In this document: piece after piece, positions 8,003-16,035 of the stretch | How the letters are laid out: each line of letters opens with the position of its first letter | Numbering within the stretch: position 1 is the first letter of the stretch | Assembly (NCBI GenBank): GCA_963692865.2 | Contig: CAXXHI010000001.1 | Coordinates: 1-17,800, forward strand | DNA: 17,800 nucleotides | Direction: 5' to 3' | DNA from: a bacterium | GTDB taxonomy: Bacteria; UBA8248 | The notes under the pieces: generated by a model | What the model was told of the DNA's origin: nothing | The model's database searches: none | What the model saw: only the letters and a program-made list of their open reading frames with translations | Position numbers and translations under genes: made by a program

Positions 8003-9010
8003 TCAGCCCCCGTTCGACAGACTCCTGACCTCGGGGAGAATCTCCTCTCCCGCGAGGCGAAGCATATCCATTTCGGCGACATCGGGGATCGTATACAGAA
8101 AATGACGAACGCCCGCGTCGACGTATTCCATCATCCGCTGTACGCATTCCTCAGGTGTGCCCGCGATTATACCCGTTTCGGGAATAGCCGCAAATCGCTT
8201 CTTTTCCGCCTCGACCCGCGAGCGGTCACGGCTCGGCAGCAGCAGGCACATCAGGGATCGCCTGAGCGCTTCGGGGTCGCGCCCCGCCTCCGCGCAGTTG
8301 GCGTCGATCTCGTCTTTTCGTTCGAGATAGCGCTCCGGCGGCCACCAGCGCACGTTGAAGCCGTCCGCGTACCTGGCCGCGACGCGAAGAACCTTTTTCC
8401 CCTCTCCGCCGATCCATATCGGTGGCGAGGGTTTCTGGACCGGCGGGGGGTCGCACACCGCGCCCTTGATCGCGTAATGCTCTCCCTCGAACGTGGGGTG
8501 AGGCTCCGTCCATATCTTACGGATCAACTGAATGGCCTCTTCCATCTGGGCGATGCGGACCGAAGCCCTCGGGAAAGGAATGCCGTATGCCTCGTATTCT
8601 TCCTGCATCCAGCCCGCGCCGAGCCCCAGATCGAGCCGCCCGCCGCTGATGTGATCCAGCGTCGCGCCCATCTTCGCCAGCACCGAGGGGATGCGGTAGG
8701 AGTTGCTGAGAACGCTGGTGCCCAGGCGGAGTTTTTTCGTGACCTGGGAGAGGGCGCTGAGCGCCGTCCACGTTTCGAGCAGGGGGATGGAGCCCGAGCC
8801 GACGCCTCCTGACTCTCCCTCGTCTTCGAAGCCTGCGTCTTTCGCATAAGAGCTCGGGTCGAGCGTCAGGAAGTGATCGCAAAGCCATACCGAATCGAAG
8901 GCCAGCCGCTCCGCCTCCCGGGCCACCGCTTTCATGTCCTCGAAGTTTCCGACGGCGAGTCCCCGGATGGTCAGGGCCATGATCAAACCGAATTCAACGC
9001 GGGAGTTCAT
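8003..9010 (-). CDS. Luciferase-like (LLM) flavin/F420-dependent oxidoreductase, resembling the TIGR03560 type
   Basis: ATG at 9010 with SD GAGGAGG; 335 aa. Motifs FDSVWLCDHF, ETWTALSAL, YR.PSVLAKM.ATLDHISGGRL.LGLGAGW, PVQKPSPPIWIGG.G and AARYAD. Confidence 0.9.
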   Translation of the reverse strand: MNSRVEFGLIMALTIRGLAVGNFEDMKAVAREAERLAFDSVWLCDHFLTLDPSSYAKDAGFEDEGESGGVGSGSIPLLETWTALSALSQVTKKLRLGTSVLSNSYRIPSVLAKMGATLDHISGGRLDLGLGAGWMQEEYEAYGIPFPRASVRIAQMEEAIQLIRKIWTEPHPTFEGEHYAIKGAVCDPPPVQKPSPPIWIGGEGKKVLRVAARYADGFNVRWWPPERYLERKDEIDANCAEAGRDPEALRRSLMCLLLPSRDRSRVEAEKKRFAAIPETGIIAGTPEECVQRMMEYVDAGVRHFLYTIPDVAEMDMLRLAGEEILPEVRSLSNGG

Positions 9011-9050
9011 CCAGAATCCTCCTCGTTTCCATTGAAGTGAAAACAAAAAA

Positions 9051-9752
9051 TCATACGGCCAGATAGCGCGATTTCAGTTCCTCGTCCTCTTCAAGCTGCG
9101 CCACCGTGCCGTCGAAACGAACCCTGCCGTTGTCGATGATGTAGACGCGATCGGAGAGCCGGCAGGCGAAGCGGGTATTTTGCTCCACCAGCAACACGGC
9201 GATCCCCTCTTCCTGGAGCGTCCCGATCATCTCGCCCACGTCCTTCACGATGGCCGGCGCCAGGCCTTCGGAGGGTTCATCGAGCAGGACGAGCTTGGGC
9301 GTCCCCATCAACGCGCGGGCGATGGCGAGCATCTGCTGTTCGCCGCCGCTGAGCTCGTTTCCCTTGTGGGCTTTCAATTGTTCAAGCTTGGGGAAAAGAC
9401 CATATATTCGCTCGAGAGTCCAGCCGCTTGGCCGATCCAGCTTGAAGGCGCCGATTTCGAGGTTCTCCTCCACGCTCAGGCGGGAGAATATCCTCCTGTC
9501 CTCGGGCACGAAACCCACCCCTTTTCTGGCGATCTCATGCGGCTTCAGGCGCTGCACCTCCTCGCCCAGCCAGCGCACGCAGCCCTCCCGAGGGGGCGTC
9601 AGCCCCATGATGGAGCGCAGCGCCGTCGTCTTGCCCGCGCCGTTCCTGCCGAGAAGGCTCACCACCTCGCCTTCGGCGACCCTCATATCCACGTCGAACA
9701 GGATATGGCTGTCCCCGTAGAACGTGTTTATTTTCTCGACGGTGAGAATCAA
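9051..9752 (-). CDS. livF: HAAT-family ABC transporter ATP-binding protein (LivF-like)
   Basis: Walker A GRNGAGKT, signature LSGGEQQMLAIARAL, Walker B LLDEPSEGLAP, LLVEQN. TTG start overlaps the upstream TGA by 4 nt. Confidence 0.93.
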   Translation of the reverse strand: MILTVEKINTFYGDSHILFDVDMRVAEGEVVSLLGRNGAGKTTALRSIMGLTPPREGCVRWLGEEVQRLKPHEIARKGVGFVPEDRRIFSRLSVEENLEIGAFKLDRPSGWTLERIYGLFPKLEQLKAHKGNELSGGEQQMLAIARALMGTPKLVLLDEPSEGLAPAIVKDVGEMIGTLQEEGIAVLLVEQNTRFACRLSDRVYIIDNGRVRFDGTVAQLEEDEELKSRYLAV

Positions 9753-10513
9753 ACCTCTTCTCCCAGGTAGGCGAGACGGACGAGGTCGTCGTTTCGAATC
9801 TCATCCGGCGTTCCCTCGGCGATGATGCTTCCCTGATGCAGGACGGATATGCGATCGGCGATCGAGAAAACCACGCTCATGTCGTGCTCGGTGAAGACGA
9901 CCGTCTTGTCGTGGGATATCTTCTTTACGAGAGCGATGGTGCTCGAGGTCTCCTCCATCGACATGCCGGCCGTCGGCTCATCGAGCAGGATCAGCCGGGG
10001 TTCGAGCGCCAGCGTTATGCCCAGTTCCAGGTTTCTCCTCTCCCCGTGGCCCAGCTCGGTGGTCGGGTGATGCGCCTTGTGTCCGAGTTCCACTTCACGG
10101 AGGATCGCGAGCGCCTCGTCCTGTTCTTCGGTGTGCTTCTCGATGGGGGAAAACATGTCCAGCGTCTTGCCCCGTCTCGCCAGAACGGCGATGCGGACGT
10201 TGTCCAGTACCGAGAGCCGGGGAAATATGTTCGTGATCTGAAAAGAGCGGCCCACCCCTTTTTTCACCACCGCGTGCGGAGGAAAGCCGGTAATGTCCTC
10301 GCCCTCCAAGAAAACGCCGCCCGCCGTCGGTTCGAGCTTCCCTGAAATCAGGTTGAAAAACGTGGTCTTGCCCGCCCCGTTGGGTCCGATGACGGCGCAC
10401 AGTTCACCCGTTGGAACCTGGAAGTCCACCTCGTTCACCGCCAGAAGCGAACCGAACTGTTTGCTGAGAGCTCGTGTCTCAAGAACGGGCGTCGTCGCCA
10501 TGATCTCCGCCAA
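9749..10513 (-). CDS. livG: HAAT-family ABC transporter ATP-binding protein (LivG-like)
   Basis: Motifs GPNGAGKTT, GRSFQ, LLDEPTAGM, EHDM, AYLG. Start is uncertain (TTG 10513 or ATG 10501). Confidence 0.92.
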   Translation of the reverse strand: MAEIMATTPVLETRALSKQFGSLLAVNEVDFQVPTGELCAVIGPNGAGKTTFFNLISGKLEPTAGGVFLEGEDITGFPPHAVVKKGVGRSFQITNIFPRLSVLDNVRIAVLARRGKTLDMFSPIEKHTEEQDEALAILREVELGHKAHHPTTELGHGERRNLELGITLALEPRLILLDEPTAGMSMEETSSTIALVKKISHDKTVVFTEHDMSVVFSIADRISVLHQGSIIAEGTPDEIRNDDLVRLAYLGEEV

Positions 10514-11507
10514 TCGATAATCTGGATATCCACCCCTCGAAGAACCCGAGGATTCCGCCGGGGAGGAACAGGACCAGGAGCACCAGGATGCCGCCGACGA
10601 CGATCCTCCAGTACTCCATGAAATTCAATACCGTGTCCCGGATATATAAAAGCAGACCCGCGCCGAATGCCGGACCCAGGAAAGAATACATGCCGCCTAG
10701 GATCGTCATCAGAACGATCTCGCCCGACTGGGTCCAGTAGAGCAGATCGGGTGAGATATAACCCTGAAAAGTCGAGTATAGGCCGCCCGCGAAACCGCCG
10801 AGGGCGCCTGCGATGATAAAGGCGTACAGCTTGTACCTGTGCACCGGCAGGCCGATGAACTCCACGCGCTCGGGATTTTCCCGGATGGCCTGCAGCACCC
10901 TGCCGAAAGGGGAATTCGCGATCTTCCACGCGAGGAAGATGAGCCCCGCCACGATGATCAGCACGAAGTAATAAAAGTTCGTGAACGATTCCAGCGATAT
11001 GGTGAACGCGCCCGGAATCCCGATATCGGGCTTCGGGATGCCGAGCATCCCGTCGTCCCCGCCGGTGACGCCGCGCCAGTAGTAGGCGACGGTGTAGACC
11101 ACCTGGGAGAACGCGAGGGTCAGCATGGCGAAATAAAGCCCCGCCAGACGCACGCAAAAAACGCCCATGAACCAGGCGAGAAGGGCGCACGACGCGCCCG
11201 CCACAATCAGTCCGGCCCACATGGAGGGATAGACGTTCTTCGTCAGCAGGGCGAAGGCGTAGGCGCCCACGCCCAGGTACACCGCGTGGCCCAGGGAGAC
11301 GAGGCCAGTGTAGCCGATGAGAAAATTCAGGCTGATGGCGAGGAGGCTCGCGATCAGGATTTCCGTGCAAAGCTGAATGTAATAGTCACTCGTAACCAGA
11401 AACGGCGCGAGAACGGCCAGGACGAGCAGGACCGAGACGCCGAAGCGCCCGGTGAGGCGCTCCGCGAGACGGCTTAAGAAAAATTTTCCACTCGATGCGC
11501 TATTCAT
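10479..11507 (-). CDS. livM: HAAT-family ABC transporter permease (LivM-like)
   Basis: Hydrophobic 342 aa ORF with GYTGLVSLGHA, GLYFAMLTLAF, TGGDDG, SPFGR.L.AIREN and ILGG..SFLGP. Confidence 0.92.
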   Translation of the reverse strand: MNSASSGKFFLSRLAERLTGRFGVSVLLVLAVLAPFLVTSDYYIQLCTEILIASLLAISLNFLIGYTGLVSLGHAVYLGVGAYAFALLTKNVYPSMWAGLIVAGASCALLAWFMGVFCVRLAGLYFAMLTLAFSQVVYTVAYYWRGVTGGDDGMLGIPKPDIGIPGAFTISLESFTNFYYFVLIIVAGLIFLAWKIANSPFGRVLQAIRENPERVEFIGLPVHRYKLYAFIIAGALGGFAGGLYSTFQGYISPDLLYWTQSGEIVLMTILGGMYSFLGPAFGAGLLLYIRDTVLNFMEYWRIVVGGILVLLVLFLPGGILGFFEGWISRLSIGGDHGDDARS

Positions 11508-11522
11508 GGTCTTTTCACGTCC

Positions 11523-12404
11523 CTAAATCGTCGTTTCGCCGAACAGGCCGCGGGGTCTCAGGATCAGGATCGGCAGCACGAGGGCGTAGATGAAAATCAT
11601 CGCGAAATTCTCCAAAATCTCGATACCGAACGCCTTGAGCATCCCGATGAGCACCGCGCCCACGAACGCGCCCAGATAACTCCCCATCCCGCCGATGATG
11701 ACGACGATGAACGATTCGATGATGATCTCCACCCCCATGCCGGGCTCCACGCTCCTCATGGGAGCCGCCAGAATGCCGCCCAGGCTCGCGAGCCAGGCGC
11801 CCAGGGCGAATACGCCGGTGAATACGCGGTTCACGTTCACCCCCAGGGCGTCGAGCATCTCGCTGTCCGTGGCGGCGGCGCGGATGAGTTTCCCGAAGTT
11901 CGTCCGGTGCAGGATGAACCACAGGAATACGCCCATCAGCGGGCCGATAGCGATGATGAACAGGAAATACACGGGATAACTGAAATCCCCGATGGTGAGT
12001 CGCCCCTCGAACAGCGCGGGGATGGGGACGGACTTGTAGTCCCGGCCCCAGATCAGCAGAACCAGATCGTCGAGAATGAGCGTGAAGCCGTAAGTCAGGA
12101 GCAGGGTGTAGAGCCTTTCCCGGCCATAGAGGGGGCGCAGGCAGAACGCCTCGATGATGGTGCCGAACCCCGCCACCACGAGGGGCGCCAGGAGCAGGCC
12201 CACCCAGAACCAGCTCGGGTTCTTGATGACCGAGCTTGAGAAAATCAGAAAAGCGCCCAGCATGTAGAACGAGCCGTGGGCCAAGTTCAGGACGCCCAGC
12301 ACGCCCAGGAGAATCGTGAGGCCCGAGGCGATCAGGAAGAGAACCATCGCGTTGGCCAACCCGTTCAGAAACTGGGTCAACCAGAAACTGACGTCCAATT
12401 CCAT
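11523..12404 (-). CDS. livH: HAAT-family ABC transporter permease (LivH-like)
   Basis: ATG at 12404 with SD GGAGG (12414-12418). Motifs NGL...LFLIASGLT.LGV..LNLAHG, T.FG..IRAA and VVIIGGMGS..GA. Confidence 0.92.
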   Translation of the reverse strand: MELDVSFWLTQFLNGLANAMVLFLIASGLTILLGVLGVLNLAHGSFYMLGAFLIFSSSVIKNPSWFWVGLLLAPLVVAGFGTIIEAFCLRPLYGRERLYTLLLTYGFTLILDDLVLLIWGRDYKSVPIPALFEGRLTIGDFSYPVYFLFIIAIGPLMGVFLWFILHRTNFGKLIRAAATDSEMLDALGVNVNRVFTGVFALGAWLASLGGILAAPMRSVEPGMGVEIIIESFIVVIIGGMGSYLGAFVGAVLIGMLKAFGIEILENFAMIFIYALVLPILILRPRGLFGETTI

Positions 12405-12420
12405 GCGTCCGGGCCTCCGG

Positions 12421-12470
12421 AAAAAGGTGAAGCGACGCCCCGTGAATTCCCGGGGCGTCCGCGGCTTCAC
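12421..12470 (-). terminator. Intercistronic intrinsic-terminator-like hairpin after the SBP gene
   Basis: Minus strand reads GTGAAGC-cgcg-GACGCCCCG-ggaattca-CGGGGCGTC-GCTTCAC-c-TTTTT: a 16-bp stem with a 4-nt bulge followed by U5. Confidence 0.7.
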
Positions 12471-12479
12471 GCGATATGA

Positions 12480-13700
12480 TTATTTCCGGCAGCCCTGGCC
12501 CGTGTTTTCGTCGGGGTGAGAACCCTCGACGGGAGATATCACCTGAATGTTCGAGAGGATCGGGAATGGGTAGTCCTTGCCCTTCGAGATCACGCCCCAG
12601 AAGCTGGACTGCCAGCCCTGGTGGTCGGAGGGGCGCATGACGATCCATCCCTCGGGCGCGTTGAAGGCGACGCCGCCCATGGCGTCAATCGCCTTCTCCT
12701 TGTCCACGGCGCCCGCGCGGCGGATGGACTCCGCGATCACGTGGACGGTCGAGTACGCCTCGCCGGCCGTCATGTCCGGATAGACGTTGTACGCCTTGCG
12801 GAAGTTGTCCACGAAACGCTTGTTGCCCGCGGAAACCGGATAGTTGTGCAGATAGCGCGAACTCGCCCAGTGGCCGAACGGCGCCTGATCGCCCAGCGCC
12901 TTGAGCACCACGTGGTTGCCGCCGAAATCGGTGAATATCTTCACCTTCTCGTACATCCCGAACGAGCGGGCCTGCTTCATGAACTTGATGAGGTCCGCCC
13001 CGAACAGGCCGACGTAGATGGCGTCGGGCTTCGCTTTCTGCATCTTGTTGATGTAGGCGGAGTAATCGTTCTCGCCCAGCTTCGGCCAGGCGGCATAGGG
13101 GCGTTTCGCGCCCGGGTCGCGTTCTTTCAGGTAGTTCCAGAACTGCCGGACGACGGAGCGGCCGTATGAGAAATCTGAAGATATCGTCGCCCAATTCTTC
13201 AAGCCCAGCCGGTGGGCGATGACGGCGCCCGCGCGGGAGGTCTGCTGCGCGCTGCTGCCCACGCGCCAGGTGTAGCGGCTGCAGAATTTCGTGTTGATCT
13301 CCTCGGTCGCCGCCCAGGGGAAGTTCATCGTCTTGAGCTTTTTCGATTCCTGCAGGACCGCGATGGCCGCTCCGCCGTGCAGGGGGCCGAGCAGGGCGAA
13401 AACCTTGTCGCGCAGGATCAGCCGCCGCGCCGTGCGCACCGAACTCGCCGGGTTGGTCTCGGAATCCCGGATCAGCGCCTCGAACTTGTGGCCCAGGACG
13501 CCGCCCGCGTCGTTGATTTCCTTGACGGCCATGTTGATGCCCTGGCTCGTTCGTTTCCCCACGATGGAATAAAGGCCCGTGAGCGGTGAGAGAACGCCTA
13601 TCTTGATGGTTTTCGCCGCATGTGAGGCGGTCGCGCCGGATGACGCAAGCGCAAGCGACATGACTGCGGCGATGAGCGCTTTTTTTCTGAAACCGGACAT
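12480..13700 (-). CDS. HAAT-family ABC transporter periplasmic substrate-binding protein (LivK/Leu-BP-like fold)
   Basis: Signal peptide, IKIGVLSPLTG, EIN.AGGVLG, RDSETNP, D.SYG, DYSAYI.K. First gene of the livHMGF cluster; SD AAGGGGG. Confidence 0.9.
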   Translation of the reverse strand: MSGFRKKALIAAVMSLALASSGATASHAAKTIKIGVLSPLTGLYSIVGKRTSQGINMAVKEINDAGGVLGHKFEALIRDSETNPASSVRTARRLILRDKVFALLGPLHGGAAIAVLQESKKLKTMNFPWAATEEINTKFCSRYTWRVGSSAQQTSRAGAVIAHRLGLKNWATISSDFSYGRSVVRQFWNYLKERDPGAKRPYAAWPKLGENDYSAYINKMQKAKPDAIYVGLFGADLIKFMKQARSFGMYEKVKIFTDFGGNHVVLKALGDQAPFGHWASSRYLHNYPVSAGNKRFVDNFRKAYNVYPDMTAGEAYSTVHVIAESIRRAGAVDKEKAIDAMGGVAFNAPEGWIVMRPSDHQGWQSSFWGVISKGKDYPFPILSNIQVISPVEGSHPDENTGQGCRK

Positions 13701-13808
13701 GAGAAGCCCCCCTTGAAGATGGAAACATACGAATTCGAATAGCCGGAATCAGTCCGTTCGGGACGGAAAACCGGACGCCGGAGCAGATTTGTTTTCCATG
13801 TAGCGAGC

Positions 13809-13837
13809 AGGTTAGATGAGCCTCGATTCGGGGTCAA
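13809..13837 (-). promoter_or_regulatory. Sigma70-type promoter upstream of the ABC SBP gene
   Basis: Minus strand TTGACC (13837-13832), 17-nt spacer, TAACCT (13814-13809), in a 244-bp intergenic region. Confidence 0.6.
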
Positions 13838-13944
13838 GGCCCAGGTTTTTCGTTCCGAACCGCCACAAGGCGGCTGCGACTAAGACGACGCGGATACCCC
13901 GCCTATGGTTCATTCAGGGGCAGCAAGGCCGGCCGATGCGCCTT

Positions 13945-15453
13945 CTATGCGGAGGAAGGGATGGATGCGTTCCTCTGCGCCTTCTTCTTTATTCTCCACT
14001 CGAGAAAGAACGGCCAGGCGAAAGAGATCACCGACAGGCACAGGAAGAACAGACACCACGGCGACGTGAAGAAAATCGAGATGTCGCCCTTTGACGAGGC
14101 GAGGGCGACCCGCATGTGCTCCTCGAGTTGCCGTCCCAGCACGAGCGCGAGCAGCATGGGGACGACCGGGATGTCGAGCCACTTGAAGGAAAGCGCCACG
14201 AGGCCGAAGAAGAACATCACGTAGACGTCGAAGAAGGAATTCCTGAGCGCGTACGTCCCCAGAACGCACAGGGCGACGATGATCGGAAGCAGCAGCGAGC
14301 GGGGGATGGACAGCAGCTTCACGATGACGCGCAGCCCCAGGAACGCGACCGTCGCCGTGCTGCAGATCGCGATGAAATACGAGAAGAGCACCGAAAACGC
14401 GAAGGGTCCCTGCTCCACGAAAAGGAGCGGCCCCGGCGCCATGCCGTGCACCAGCAGGGCGCCGATGAGGATGGCGGTTATCGGGTCGCCCGGAATGCCC
14501 AGCGTCATCATGGGAATGAGCGCCCCGCCCGCGATGGAGCTGTTCGCCGACTCGGGCGCGGCCACACCCTCCACGCAGCCCTTGCCGAACTGCTCCGGCT
14601 CCTTGCTGGCCTTCTGGGCGTAGTCGTAGCTCACGAAGACGGCTATCGGGCCGCCCGCGCCGGGGAGAATGCCGACGAAGGTGCCCACGATGGAGCCGAT
14701 GGCCACCGGAAGCCGGATTTTCTTGATGTCCGCCCAGCTGGGAAACACGCGGCCGAACCGCGATGCGACCGAGCGGATGTTCCCCTCCGCCAGGTTCGCC
14801 ACGATTTCCGGAATGGCGAACAGGCCCACGAGGGCGGGGATGAAGTGGATTCCCGCGAGCATGTTCACGTCACCGAAGGTGAAGCGCGCCGTCCCCACGA
14901 GCGGGTCCATCCCCACCGTGACGATCATGAGACCCAGGAAAGTGGACAACAGGCCCTTCACGAGCGATTTCGCCGCGAAGGCGGATATGACGGACATTCC
15001 GAAAAAGACCAGCCCGAACAGGTCGGCCGCCCGGAACTGGAGAGCCACTTTCGTGAGTTGGGGAGCGATGAGCAGCAGGCAGAAGAAACTGAAAAGACCG
15101 CCTGTGAAGCTCGATACGATGGAAACGCCCAGCGCGCGTCCGGCCTCGCCCTTTTGAGTGAGGGGGAAACCATCCATCGTGGTGGCCGAGGCCGAGGGCG
15201 ATCCGGGAATGTTGATGAGAATCGCGGCGAAACTCCCCCCCGTCATACCGCCCGCGAAGACGCCGAGCAGCAGCGCCACGGCGGTCGTCGGCTCCAGGAT
15301 AAAGGTGACCGGGAACAGGATGATGATGCCCGCGCTCGTCGTCAGCCCCGGCATCATCCCGCATATGAGGCCGTGCAGCGCGCCCAGGGCGGTGGCCAGA
15401 ATGCTCGTCGGCGCGAGAGCGAGGTAGAACCCCTGTAGCAGGTCACCGTTCAT
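13945..15453 (-). CDS. tctA: TTT large permease TctA (system 2)
   Basis: 502 aa ORF with GGMTGGSFAAILINIPGSP, GKGCVEGVAAPESAN and MTLGIPGDPITAIL.GAL..HG..PGPLLF. Confidence 0.93.
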   Translation of the reverse strand: MNGDLLQGFYLALAPTSILATALGALHGLICGMMPGLTTSAGIIILFPVTFILEPTTAVALLLGVFAGGMTGGSFAAILINIPGSPSASATTMDGFPLTQKGEAGRALGVSIVSSFTGGLFSFFCLLLIAPQLTKVALQFRAADLFGLVFFGMSVISAFAAKSLVKGLLSTFLGLMIVTVGMDPLVGTARFTFGDVNMLAGIHFIPALVGLFAIPEIVANLAEGNIRSVASRFGRVFPSWADIKKIRLPVAIGSIVGTFVGILPGAGGPIAVFVSYDYAQKASKEPEQFGKGCVEGVAAPESANSSIAGGALIPMMTLGIPGDPITAILIGALLVHGMAPGPLLFVEQGPFAFSVLFSYFIAICSTATVAFLGLRVIVKLLSIPRSLLLPIIVALCVLGTYALRNSFFDVYVMFFFGLVALSFKWLDIPVVPMLLALVLGRQLEEHMRVALASSKGDISIFFTSPWCLFFLCLSVISFAWPFFLEWRIKKKAQRNASIPSSA

Positions 15454-15457
15454 GGTT

Positions 15458-15939
15458 TCATCCCAGCAAATTTCCCCTTGGAAGGGGAAGCTGAAAAATA
15501 TCGCGGAACAAAAAGAACAAGAACATGGGAACGATAATCGCCAGAGCGAGAAGAACCAGGGGGCGGCGCTCGCCCGAGGTCCACATGAGAGCGGCGAAGA
15601 AAACGGGCGTGGACCAGAAAAACCCGAAGGTCGAGAGCGCGAAGAAATAAAGCCCCGTGAGCAGCAGGCCGGCCGCCGCGCGGGCGATGCTGAAATTCTC
15701 GTTCGCCGATGGTCTTTCGGGCCACAGGTCGGCGAGGCCGCCGGAGCGCTTGAGACCCCTCACCCCCTGGAAGATGAGCGCCGCGGCGAGGGCGAGTATC
15801 GAGACGGTGATCAGGTAGGGGAAGAATGGGGCCCCGGCGCGTCTGTCGTGGTGCGCTTTGGAAGCAGGGTGGCGAGGCCGCCGTAGTAAAGCGTAAACCC
15901 GAGGATGACCACCCCGCCGACTATGTTTCTCAGACCCAT
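15458..15939 (-). CDS. tctB: TTT small membrane subunit TctB (system 2); frameshifted at ~15828-15835
   Basis: ATG at 15939 gives MGLRNIVGGVVILGFTLYYGGLATLLPKRTTTDAPGP. One extra base in the GGGGCCCC run continues FFPYLITVSILALAAALIFQGV into ORF 15458..15763, which ends FRDIFQLPLPRGNLLG. Repaired length 160 aa. Confidence 0.82.
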
Positions 15940-15972
15940 CCCGAATCCGTCCGAAAGAAATGAATACGACTC

Positions 15973-16020
15973 GAAAACGAAGGCCGCCCCCTCGTCAGAG
16001 AGAGGCGGCCCCCGTGTTTC
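15973..16020 (-). terminator. Intercistronic stem-loop after tctC2 (stabiliser or weak terminator)
   Basis: Minus strand GAAAcACGGG-GGCCGCCTCTCTC-tgac-GAGGGGGCGGCC-TTCGTTTTC. The pairing uses several G-U pairs that work on the minus (mRNA) strand. Confidence 0.55.
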
Positions 16021-16035
16021 ACGCGATTGGCGTCC

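Noticed and set aside
13701-13944. Riboswitch (SAM, cobalamin or other) or sRNA in the long spacer
   Set aside because: I could not recognise any conserved aptamer motif by eye; an Rfam scan would be decisive.
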